Part shown: one piece after another, positions 1-9,400 of the stretch
Layout: every line of letters begins with the position of its first letter
How positions within the stretch are numbered: the stretch's first letter is position 1
From: a virus
Lineage: Duplodnaviria > Caudoviricetes
Direction: 5' to 3' (one strand)
IMG/VR virus record: IMGVR_UViG_3300020190_000207
Coordinates: 1 to 33,833 of that record
Length of the DNA: 33,833 nt
Notes under the pieces: model-generated
What the model saw: the letters and a program-made list of their open reading frames with translations, nothing else
Databases searched by the model: none
What the model was told of the DNA's origin: nothing
Made by a program: the position numbers and the translations under genes

Positions 1-134
1 TCCAGAACGTTCATAAACTCTTCAACAGTCTCACACTCTACAAGACGCTCGCTGCCCTGATCGCTCAACAGCAGAAAGGTGCGGGTGCATACGTCAATCA
101 CAATACCTTGAACGGTTTCTTGTGCGGTGGTCAT
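1..134 (-). CDS. Small hypothetical phage protein, 5' part only (runs off the left edge); not in the ORF track
   Basis: ATG at 134. The frame stays open to the window edge: MTTAQETVQGIVIDVCTRTFLLLSDQGSERLVECETVEEFMNVL... It lies directly downstream of a perfect sigma70 promoter and uses more GC-rich codons than the neighbouring genes. Confidence 0.8.
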   Translation of the reverse strand, partial: MTTAQETVQGIVIDVCTRTFLLLSDQGSERLVECETVEEFMNVL

Positions 135-159
135 TGGGGGTTTTCTTGATTACCCCCAT

Positions 160-188
160 ATTATAGGGGGTCTTGGGGCGGGTGTCAA
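160..188 (-). promoter_or_regulatory. Consensus sigma70-type (phage early) promoter
   Basis: The minus strand reads TTGACA (188-183), a 17-nt spacer CCCGCCCCAAGACCCCC, then TATAAT (165-160). The -10 box ends 25 nt upstream of the ATG at 134. Confidence 0.9.
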
Positions 189-970
189 GGGGTCTGTCCA
201 GAATTTATTTTTGGTGCCAAAAGTGGGGAATCAAGTTCAAAAGAAAGATTTAGTGTTTGTCTTTTTCCAGAAATTTGTGGATAAGTGCCATGAACTATCC
301 AAGACGGAAAAATTATCATTTTACCTACTTGTGGTTTTACATAATTTATCAAATGTGGTTTGGTGAAGAAATAGAAAAATCCAGCAATTAAGTCGTGCAT
401 TTTTGAATGATTTTCACTCATTGGATTTGAACAATCACCTTCTTTTAGTGGACTAGAAATATAAAGTGTGACACTTATAATTCTAGGATCAATGCAGAGT
501 GCTCCTCCAGGACGAGTCAAAGTATGATTATGTGCAATATGGTAAGAATTTTTATAACCAATGCAAGTCCAACAATTTGTTAATGTCAAAGAAGTATCTG
601 AATTTATTAGATTATGCTCAATTAGACAATCTCTAACTTTTTCTTGTAATGAAAGTGTAATACTTTTATCAATATGTCCAAACAAATTATACTGTTTTAT
701 ATTACCCTGAGAACTTTTACCGTAAATTCTACTTTGCAATGAATTTTTTTTGATTGTAGATGAAATAGATCTTTTAATTTTAGTAAGATTAGAATCATCT
801 ACCATTTCTTCAATTAACCAATCAGGAGATTTTCTTGGATCTGCATATTTTCCAATTTCACCATCATCACCATCATTATTTTTATTCAAATGAGAATCTT
901 CCGAACAGCAAATTCTTGCTAATTCCGCAGCAGAAAATGTAATAGTTTTATCATTCGCAATATTAGGCAT
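185..970 (-). CDS. Putative 2OG-Fe(II) oxygenase (TIGR02466 / 2OG-FeII_Oxy_5-like)
   Basis: Motifs W..IG...YHIAHNH (HxH), ISVTLYI and PQVGKMIIFPSWIVH...KRQTLNLSF (distal His plus the 2OG-binding Arg) are typical of this family, which is common in cyanophage variable regions. Confidence 0.75.
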   Translation of the reverse strand: MPNIANDKTITFSAAELARICCSEDSHLNKNNDGDDGEIGKYADPRKSPDWLIEEMVDDSNLTKIKRSISSTIKKNSLQSRIYGKSSQGNIKQYNLFGHIDKSITLSLQEKVRDCLIEHNLINSDTSLTLTNCWTCIGYKNSYHIAHNHTLTRPGGALCIDPRIISVTLYISSPLKEGDCSNPMSENHSKMHDLIAGFFYFFTKPHLINYVKPQVGKMIIFPSWIVHGTYPQISGKRQTLNLSFELDSPLLAPKINSGQTP

Positions 971-986
971 GATAAGCAGTATCTAA

Positions 987-1397
987 TTATGAAGGTTTTA
1001 TTGGCCAGGTAAGTTCGATAACGTTGTTGACAGATAAAAGTTCTTGATCAGTTATTGTTGAAGGAAAATCTCTAAGTTCTTGTCTGTAAATTTCCCATTC
1101 TTCTCTTTTTTCTGGAGATAATGGAGAACTTGGAAAAGCTGTCCAATCACATCTCAAAAGATAACTATTTCTTTTTTCTCTCAGTTCATACCATCTAATT
1201 TCTAAAATCTCATTATCTGGTTTTTTCTCTATTCTTTTTGTCTCTGGATTATACCAGTAATCTATTTTTGCAAAATTTTTATAATCTTCTTCAGTGACCA
1301 CATAACATTTAACATCTGGTGCCGAACTAAGATTTGGATAGTGTGAGGTAACACTAAATGCATTAGTGCCATCTTTTACCAAGAGATAAAAATCCAT
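987..1397 (-). CDS. Phage tail (fibre) assembly chaperone
   Basis: The C-terminal LREKRNSYLLRCDWT...WEIYRQELRDFP...WPIKP matches the R..RN..L...DW...W..YRQ.LRD.P...WP..P signature of the Phage_tail_APC family. Confidence 0.85.
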   Translation of the reverse strand: MDFYLLVKDGTNAFSVTSHYPNLSSAPDVKCYVVTEEDYKNFAKIDYWYNPETKRIEKKPDNEILEIRWYELREKRNSYLLRCDWTAFPSSPLSPEKREEWEIYRQELRDFPSTITDQELLSVNNVIELTWPIKPS

Positions 1398-1765
1398 TAT
1401 TTAGCCCAACTCCCAGTCCAATTACAAGCTGGCGTAGCTCTTTGTTCTGAATTATAAACAACTAACTCAATATCCCCAGACCTTACATTGTAATAACAAT
1501 AAAGACTATCGTTTCCATCCACACCACCAGCAAAGTAAATTTCTCTTGAAGAATTTATAAACTGTTTTAGATTACTCATTGAATAACCAGCAGGAGGATA
1601 CGTGTAACTAGTCTGCCCAGAATTAACTCCATATGTATGTCGATAATTTGAATCATAGGACATGAAATCTGTGGAAGATCCAGTTTTAAGCTGGTCCTTC
1701 AGTGCCGTTCCAGCAAAATTTCTAATGGTATTAACTTCAATTGTTTCTACTCTTAAGGTACTCAT
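1397..1765 (-). CDS. Small tail-associated hypothetical protein
   Basis: Tightly coupled ORF. Its N-terminus MSTLRVETIEVNTI resembles MSTLIANTVLTTNI of the 2628-3119 protein, the 'MSTL.V..I' start common to small cyanophage fibre-associated proteins. Confidence 0.6.
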   Translation of the reverse strand: MSTLRVETIEVNTIRNFAGTALKDQLKTGSSTDFMSYDSNYRHTYGVNSGQTSYTYPPAGYSMSNLKQFINSSREIYFAGGVDGNDSLYCYYNVRSGDIELVVYNSEQRATPACNWTGSWAK

Positions 1766-2116
1766 TTATACCGTCCTCCCTAGGGCTTCGTTGAAAATCG
1801 CATCAATTTCTGGTGAAATATTTTGCACTGGAGTATTGTCACAAACATTACATCCAGCAGCATATTCTTTTTCCACTCTAATTGTCCTTGCCTTAGCAGT
1901 TTCTATTGGAGAATTTAGAATAATTTCATTTTTGTTTGCTGGAATAGATTGAATATAAGGATCATTAATAAGTCTTTCAGTTTCTACTTTTAGTAATTCT
2001 TCAATAGCTGATTCCGATCTTACATCAATTGCATTTTGCAGCCAATCTTGAATATCATACATGGTATGTTCAAGTGCTCTTTTTTGAACATCATTAATAA
2101 TAACAGTAATTTCCAT
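1766..2116 (-). CDS. Hypothetical phage protein
   Basis: ORF in the same operon. The ATG at 2116 is preferred over the TTG at 2125 because GGAGG (2130-2126) lies 9 nt upstream of it. The C-terminus carries a CxxC (GCNVCD). Confidence 0.7.
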   Translation of the reverse strand: MEITVIINDVQKRALEHTMYDIQDWLQNAIDVRSESAIEELLKVETERLINDPYIQSIPANKNEIILNSPIETAKARTIRVEKEYAAGCNVCDNTPVQNISPEIDAIFNEALGRTV

Positions 2117-2121
2117 AAAAG

Positions 2122-2625
2122 TCAACCTCCGATTAGATAACCCATATATGTATTATGGGTGCCACAGCATCTTGTTCCGCTATTGATATTATAAACCCTC
2201 ACTGTATCATTTTTATTTAGTGCAAAAATAGCAAATGCTTCCATAGTTTTATGACCGCTGAAATTTCCAGAATATCCTGCACCATAACTATCTGTTGATG
2301 CTCCATTAATATACCATCTTAGATCAACAATTTCACCATTACTAGGTGTTAAAGTCTTACACCAAAATGCATAAAGTCCTTTTTCAGGTGCAGTAGCAGT
2401 TCCATTTGCATTGTACCAATTTCCTCTGTTTGCTAAAATATTACCAAATGACATATATCCACCACCACCTTCATCACCTTGTCCATTTCTAGTTGCAATA
2501 AAATAAGGAAGATTAGGTCGATACAACCGTCCATCAGAAGACGGTGTTATTGCAGATCCAGTTGGAATTGCTTTAGCAGTAAGATTGGTTGTTTGTAATG
2601 TATTTGCACTTACAACAGAAGCCAT
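2122..2625 (-). CDS. C1q/TNF-like globular domain protein, paralogue A
   Basis: YFIA...MSFGNILANRGNWYNANGTATAPEKGLYAF...LNKNDTVRV...YMGYLIG follows the gC1q pattern F.A...F..V..N.G..Y...G.FTAP..G.Y.F...L...D.V.V...F.G.L. Confidence 0.75.
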   Translation of the reverse strand: MASVVSANTLQTTNLTAKAIPTGSAITPSSDGRLYRPNLPYFIATRNGQGDEGGGGYMSFGNILANRGNWYNANGTATAPEKGLYAFWCKTLTPSNGEIVDLRWYINGASTDSYGAGYSGNFSGHKTMEAFAIFALNKNDTVRVYNINSGTRCCGTHNTYMGYLIGG

Positions 2626-3001
2626 AATTATCCAATCAAGTATCCCATATATGTATTATGGGTGCCACAGCATCTTGTTCCGCTATTGATATTATAAACC
2701 CTCACTGTATCATTCGCATTCAAAAGAGTTATAAAATGTGCTATCATGGGTTTATGTGCACTCCAATTACCAGAATATCCTGCACCATAATTATCTGTTG
2801 ATGCTCCATTAACATACCATCGTAAATCAATAACTTCACCATTACTAGGTGTTAAAGTCTTACACCAAAATGCATAAAGTCCAGTAACTGGCGCCGTGGC
2901 AGTTCCATTTGCATTGTACCAATTTCCTCTGTTTGCTAAAATATTACCAAATGACATATATCCAGTACCACCTTCATCACCTTGTCCATTTCTAGTTGCA
3001 A
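2141..3001. repeat. Direct repeat (offset 503 nt) between the two C1q-like genes, made of perfectly identical blocks
   Basis: Identical tracts: 2141-2211 = 2644-2714 (71 nt), 2332-2379 = 2835-2882 (48 nt), 2396-2461 = 2899-2964 (66 nt), 2464-2498 = 2967-3001 (35 nt). Confidence 0.95.
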
Positions 3002-3119
3002 GAAAATAAGGTGTATTTGGAGTAAAAAATATTCCAGAAGAATCAATAGTGGCACATATTGTACCATTAGTATGTTGAATATTAGTTGTTAATACTGTAT
3101 TTGCAATTAAGGTGCTCAT
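2628..3119 (-). CDS. C1q/TNF-like globular domain protein, paralogue B
   Basis: Same gC1q pattern (TAPVTGLYAF, LNANDTVRV, YMGYLIG). The C-terminal ~125 aa are nearly identical to paralogue A; the N-termini differ. Confidence 0.75.
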   Translation of the reverse strand: MSTLIANTVLTTNIQHTNGTICATIDSSGIFFTPNTPYFLATRNGQGDEGGTGYMSFGNILANRGNWYNANGTATAPVTGLYAFWCKTLTPSNGEVIDLRWYVNGASTDNYGAGYSGNWSAHKPMIAHFITLLNANDTVRVYNINSGTRCCGTHNTYMGYLIG

Positions 3120-3173
3120 TTTGTTGCAATTTCAACTATAGATTTAGGATATCACGCATTCTATCTAATTATA

Positions 3174-3488
3174 TCATAAAATAGTCCAGGTTCCACCACT
3201 AGCTATGATGACTGTGACGCCACTATTTATGGTGATAGGACCAATGCTGGCTTCGTTATAAGTTGATTGAATTGTATAAGAGGTAGCAATAGTCTTAGCA
3301 TTTCTAAGATATGGAAGACCAGTCAGTGTGAGTTGTCCTGATGCTAATAATTGACCACCAGTGATGTCACCATTGACATCAAGTGTTGTAGCTGGGTTAG
3401 ACCTATTAACACCAAGTCTAGTGTTGCTGATGTCGGCAAATGTAATTGTATTTGAAACTAGATTACCATGATCTCTTGGTTTTGCCAT
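3174..3488 (-). CDS. Small tail-fibre-associated structural protein
   Basis: Contains RLGVNRSNPATTLDVNGDI (a GIGT..P...LDV.G-type fibre repeat) and the C-terminal N...I...YTI...N..SIGPITINSGVTV.I.SG..WTIL motif seen in cyanophage fibre proteins. Confidence 0.65.
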   Translation of the reverse strand: MAKPRDHGNLVSNTITFADISNTRLGVNRSNPATTLDVNGDITGGQLLASGQLTLTGLPYLRNAKTIATSYTIQSTYNEASIGPITINSGVTVIIASGGTWTIL

Positions 3489-3489
3489 T

Positions 3490-6400
3490 TCAATCCTCGT
3501 TTACATCATTCTTTTCGTATTTATTCATAAAATTTGATAGTTTTTCATCAAAACTAGACAGAATTCTACGGTATGCCATATCACGCTTATCCATTGTGTC
3601 ACTCATTTCTTTTATTGCTTCAATAAGAACAGCGACCAAGTTTTGGTAAGCAACAGACTTGACACCTTCTCCGTGAACAAGTTCGGGGAAGACGGTCTCA
3701 AGTTCTTGTGCAATAAGACCGATTGATTTGCCACCATGAGATCTATAGTTGAACTCAACACCTCTCAACTTCTTGACCTTTTCAAGTGCATTTTCAATAG
3801 GAGTAATGCGAGTCTTGATTGATCTGTCAGAACTTGCAGTTACAGTTCCTGGTACAACTAGATTACCAGTGTTTGGAACGAACGAGAATGCAGTTGCCGT
3901 TGTTCTGACTTTTGCATTTTGAGCTCCAGAACCAGAAACGAATACGGGATAATGAGTTGTTGCTGATGTGGAATCTTCTGCATAACTCAGAGTTGTTGTA
4001 GAACCTTGAGCACCTACAATACCTTGAACACCTTGAGGACCAAATGGACCTTGACTACCTTGCAGACCTTGAACACCTTGTCCAGCGAAGGAACCAGAAA
4101 CACCTTGAATTCCTCTGACAAAGTTTCCAAGGTTGAAGTAAACAACTTCAATAATATCACCAGCAGATGCACCAGATGTTAGTACAACCGAAGTTCCATT
4201 TGTTGCGGTGTATTCTGCATTTTCTTGTAGGTGAGAACCGTTAAGATATACAAGGATATATTGTGTACCATAGTTGACCGAAAACACTGTTTGTCCAGCT
4301 GTTGCTGAAAAAACGGTTTTTGTAATTGACGATGGTGTTGTTGTTACGACTTGTCCTTGAACACCTTGAGTTCCTTGTCCACCAACAACTCCCCCTAGAC
4401 CCTGATTACCTTGTGTTCCCTGTCCAGCGGATGAACCTTGAACACCCTGGTTCTGCCTTCCCTGAACACCTTGAGTTCCTTGGAATGCCTGAGCACCTAT
4501 CGTTCCCTGAGCGCCAATAGTGCCTTGAGAGCCAACACCTTGAGTTCCTTGTCTACCTTGAACACCTTGAGTCCCTTGATTTCCTATTGTACCTTGAGCT
4601 CCTATTGCACCTTGAGCTCCTATTGCACCTTGAGATCCTATTGCACCTTGAGCTCCCGTTCCTGTAGTGCCCTGGCGGCCCTGAGTTCCTTGATTACCTT
4701 GGGAACCGAAACTACCTACAGTTCCCTGAGAACCAACAGTACCTTGAGATCCAACGCCTTGACTGCCTTGTGCTCCTTGGTTACCAGATGTTCCACTAAG
4801 ACCTTGAGATCCTATTGTACCTTGAGCACCTTGAGTTCCTTGTCTACCTTGAAGACCTTGAGTTCCTTGATTGCCTTGAAGACCTTGGGTTGCTTGTCTA
4901 CCTTGAAGACCTTGAGTACCTTGAATTCCTTGATTACTTAATCCCTGTAATCCCTGAGTTCCTTGTCTACCTTGAAGACCTTGAGTCCCCTGAGTTGCTT
5001 GCATACCCTGGGCACCTTGTCCAGCATTTGTACCAGCGGCACCTTGAAGACCTTGAGAACCTTGAGTCCCTTGAAGACCAACACCTTGAGTTCCTTGTCT
5101 ACCTTGAGTGCCTTGTAACCCCTGTAATCCTTGTAATCCTTGAGCACCTTGAGCGCCTTGAGTCCCTTGAGGACCTTGGGTTCCTTGAACAGCTTGGGTT
5201 CCTTGTGTTGCTTGAACACCCTGAGTTCCTTGAGTGCCTTGAGGACCTTGAGTACCTTGAGAACCCGAACCCTGAACACCTTGAGTACCTTGAGATCCTT
5301 GAGCGGCAGTTGCACCTTGGGTTCCTTGATTGCCTTGAAGACCTTGCCTACCTTGTAGACCCTGAGTTCCTTGTACCCCTGTTCCTTGAGTGCCTTGAGT
5401 TCCTTGATTACCTTGAGTTGCTTGAGGACCTTGGGTTCCTTGAACACCTTGAGTTCCTTGTCTACCTTGAACACCTTGAGTTCCTTGATTACCTTGAGTC
5501 CCTTGTGATCCTTGGAATCCAAGACCTTGGGTTCCTTGAACACCTTGTGTTGCTTGAACACCCTGAGTTCCTTGAGTGCCTTGAGTGCCTTGAGTACCTT
5601 GTACCCCTGTTCCTTGAGTACCTTGATTACCTTGAAGACCTTGAAGACCTTGAGAACCAGATCCTTGAATACCTTGATTACCTTGAGTTCCTTGTAGACC
5701 TTGTAGACCTTGAGTTCCTTGTAGACCTTGTAGACCTTGAGTTCCTTGATTGCCTTGAAGACCTTGGGTTGCTTGTGTTCCTTGATTGCCTTGTAAACCT
5801 TGAGTCCCCTGGAGTCCCTGAGTTGCTTGAGTTCCTTGTCTACCTTGAAGACCTTGAGTTCCTTGAACACCTTGATTTCCTTGAAGACCTTGTAGACCTT
5901 GTAGACCTTGAGTCCCTTGAGTGCCTTGAGCTCCTTGAGAACCAGATCCTTGAATACCTTGATTGCCTTGAGTTCCCTGAGCACCTTGAGTCCCTTGAGT
6001 CCCTTGAGTTGCTTGAAGACCTTGGGTTCCTTGATTGCCTTGAAGACCTTGTATGCCTACCCCTTGTAAACCTTGAGTCCCCTGGAGCCCCTGAGTTCCT
6101 TGAGTTCCTTGAGTTCCTTGTCTACCTTGAAGACCTTGAGTGCCTTGAAGACCTTGATTACCTTGAGTTCCTTGTAGACCTTGTAGACCTTGAGTTCCTT
6201 GAACACCTAGAAGACCCTGTAATCCTTGAGTGCCCTGAGTCGCTTGAGTCCCTTGAGCACCTTGAGTTCCTTGAAGACCCTGTAAGCCTTGAGTGCCTTG
6301 GACTCCTTGTAATCCTTGAATTCCTGATCCTTGAATACCTTGTAAACCTTGAGTTCCCTGAACTCCCTGAAGACCCTGTAAACCTTGAGTTCCTTGGGTT

Positions 6401-9400
6401 CCTTGAGCACCAACACCTTGAGTTCCTTGTAATCCTTGTGCGCCAACACCTTGAACACCTTGAGTTCCTTGATTGCCTTGAAGCCCTTGAGTTCCTTGAG
6501 TTCCTTGTCTGCCTTGAAGACCTTGAGTTCCTTGAAGACCTTGGGTTCCTTGATTACCTTGGAGACCTTGAGTTCCCTGAGTTCCTTGATTACCTTGGAG
6601 ACCTTGAGTTCCTTGAACACCTTGAAGACCTATTAATCCTTGTATACCTTGAAGACCTTGAGTTCCTTGAGCACTTTGAGTGCCTTGGATACCTTGGGTT
6701 CCTTGAGTTGCTTGTGTTCCTTGAAGACCTTGTAAACTAACGCCCTGAATACCCTGATTACCCTGAAGTCCTTGGAGACCTTGTGCTCCTTGATTACTTA
6801 AACCTTGAACACCCTGAATTCCCTGAAGTCCCTGGAGACCTTGTAAACCTTGAATTCCAGATCCTTGAATACCTTGTAAACCTTGAGTGCCTTGAGTGCC
6901 TTGAACACCTATACCTTGAACACCTTGGTTGCCTTGAATCCCTTGAGTGCCTTGATTACCTTGAAGACCCTGAACACCTTGGGTGCCTTGGGTTGCTTGT
7001 GTTCCTTGAGTTGCTTGAGTCCCTTGAGCACCTTGAGTGCCTTGAACACCTTGAGTTCCTTGTAGACCTTGTAGACCTTGAGTTCCTTGAACACCTTGAA
7101 GACCTTGAGTTCCTTGAGCACTTTGAGTGCCTTGGACACCCTGGGTACCTTGAATACCGATTCCACCTTGAATACCTTGGAGACCTTGAAGACCTTGAAG
7201 ACCTTGAGCACCAACACCTTGAGTGCCTTGAACACCTTGTGTTGCTTGAGCACCTTGAATACCTTGAATACTTAATCCTTGAAGACCTTGTAGACCCTGT
7301 AAACCTTGAGTGCCCTGAGTCGCTTGAGTTCCCTGAGTCGCTTGAGTTCCCTGATTTCCTTGAGTGCCTTGTAGACCTTGAAGACCTTGATTGCCTTGTA
7401 GACCTCTTGATCCTTGAGTTCCTTGGGCTCCTTGAGCACCTTGAGTGCCCTGTAATCCTTGTAACCCTTGAGTTCCTTGTGTTCCTTGTAATCCTTGTGT
7501 TCCTTGTAATCCTTGGGCGCCAACACCTTGAGTGCCCTGAACACCTTGAAGACCCTGTGTTCCTTGAATTCCTTGAATTCCCTGAAGACCTTGAGCACCA
7601 ACACCTTGAAGACCTTGAGTTCCTTGAAGACCTTGAGTTCCTTGAGTTCCTTGAAGACCTTGAAGACCTTGAAGACCCAAAGTTCCTTGAGTTCCCTGAG
7701 TTGCTTGATTTCCCTGGATTCCTTGTGTCCCTTGATTACCTTGAACACCTTGTAGACCTTGAAGACCTTGAAGACCTTGAACACCTTGTAGACCTTGAGT
7801 TGCTTGAGGACCTTGGGTTCCTTGAGCACCTTGAGTTCCTTGAGTGCCTTGAGTCCCTTGAGTTCCTTGTGTTCCCTGAAGACCTTGTAATCCTTGAGTT
7901 CCAGATCCCTGAACACCTTGATCACCCTGAGTTCCTTGTGTGCCTTGACTTCCTTGAGTTCCAGTTCCTTGAGACCCCTGAAGACCCTGTGTTCCTTGAG
8001 ACCCTTGAATTCCTTGATTTCCAGATCCCTGAACTCCTTGAAGACCTTGGAGACCTTGTAGACCTTGAGCACCTACACCTTGAACACCTTGGTTACCTTG
8101 AATCCCTTGAAGACCTTGAGTTCCTTGATTACCTTGAAGACCTTGAGCACCAACACCTTGAGTTCCTTGAAGACCTTGAAGACCTTGAAGACCTTGAATA
8201 CCCAAAGTTCCTTGAGTTCCCTGACTACCTATTGATCCTTGAGTTCCTTGTCTACCTTGAAGACCTTGAGTTCCTTGAAGACCTTGGGTTCCTTGATCAC
8301 CAGCAACTCCCTGAGTTCCCTGAGCACCAACACCTTGAGAACCTTGAAGACCCTGAAGACCTTGAGTGCCTTGGTTACCTTGAGTTCCTAATCCCTGTGT
8401 GCCCTGAATACCTTGTGTACCTTGAAGACCTTGTGTACCTTGAAGACCCTGAGATCCAATATCCCCCTGAACACCCTGTAATCCTTGAGATCCTTGAAGT
8501 CCTTGAGTTCCTTGTGTCCCCTGTACACCTTGATTAGAAAGTCCTTGAAGACCCTGAAGTCCTTGAAGTCCTTGAGTTCCTTGGAGACCTTGAGTGCCTT
8601 GGGTACCTTGAGTGCCTTGTACTCCTATTCCTTGAGTTCCTTGAAGACCTTGTAAACCCTGAGTACTTTGAACACCCTGCAATCCTTGCAATCCTTGAAC
8701 ACCTTGATCTCCTTGCAATCCTTGTGTTCCCTGTAATCCTTGTAAACCTTGAGTGCCTTGAGTTCCTTGTACTCCTGTTCCTTGAGTTCCTTGTAGACCT
8801 TGAAGTCCTTGAGTTCCTTGGAGACCTTGAAGACCTTGAGTCCCTTGCGTACCTTGGATTCCCTGTGTTCCTTGGAGACCTTGTAAACCTTGGAGACCTT
8901 GAGTCCCTTGAGTCCCTTGAGCACCAACACCTTGAGTGCCCTGAAGACCTTGTAGACCCTGAGTCCCTTGAGAACCTTGAAGACCCTGTAATCCTTGAGT
9001 ACCCTGAGTCGCTTGAGTACCTTGAGTCGCTTGAGTACCCTGAGTCGCTTGAGTGCCTTGTAAACCTTGAAGACCTTGAGTGCCTTGTAGACCTTGAAGA
9101 CCTTGAGTGCCTTGAGTGCCTTGAGCACCAACACCTTGAATACCCTGAAGACCCTGTAATCCCTGATTTCCTTGAACACCCTGAAGTCCCTGAGTTCCCT
9201 GAGTTCCCTGAGTTCCCTGAACACCTAGATCACCTTGAGTGCCCTGTAATCCTTGTAACCCTTGAGTTCCTTGAGCTCCTTGGAATCCAGCACCTTGAGT
9301 GCCTTGTAATCCTTGCAACCCTTGAGTTCCTTGATTACCTTGAAGACCCTGAGTTCCTTGAACGCCCTGAACACCAAAGTCACCTTGGGTGCCTTGTAAT

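Noticed and set aside
127-366. Plus-strand 79-aa ORF, and other short ORFs opposite or inside the large genes (e.g. 1662-1952, 27578-28312, 33030-33327)
   Set aside because: They overlap well-supported genes or the promoter and show no recognisable motifs.
2122-3119. Diversity-generating retroelement TR/VR pair
   Set aside because: The differences between the copies are not adenine-specific, both copies are intact genes, and no reverse transcriptase is present in the window.
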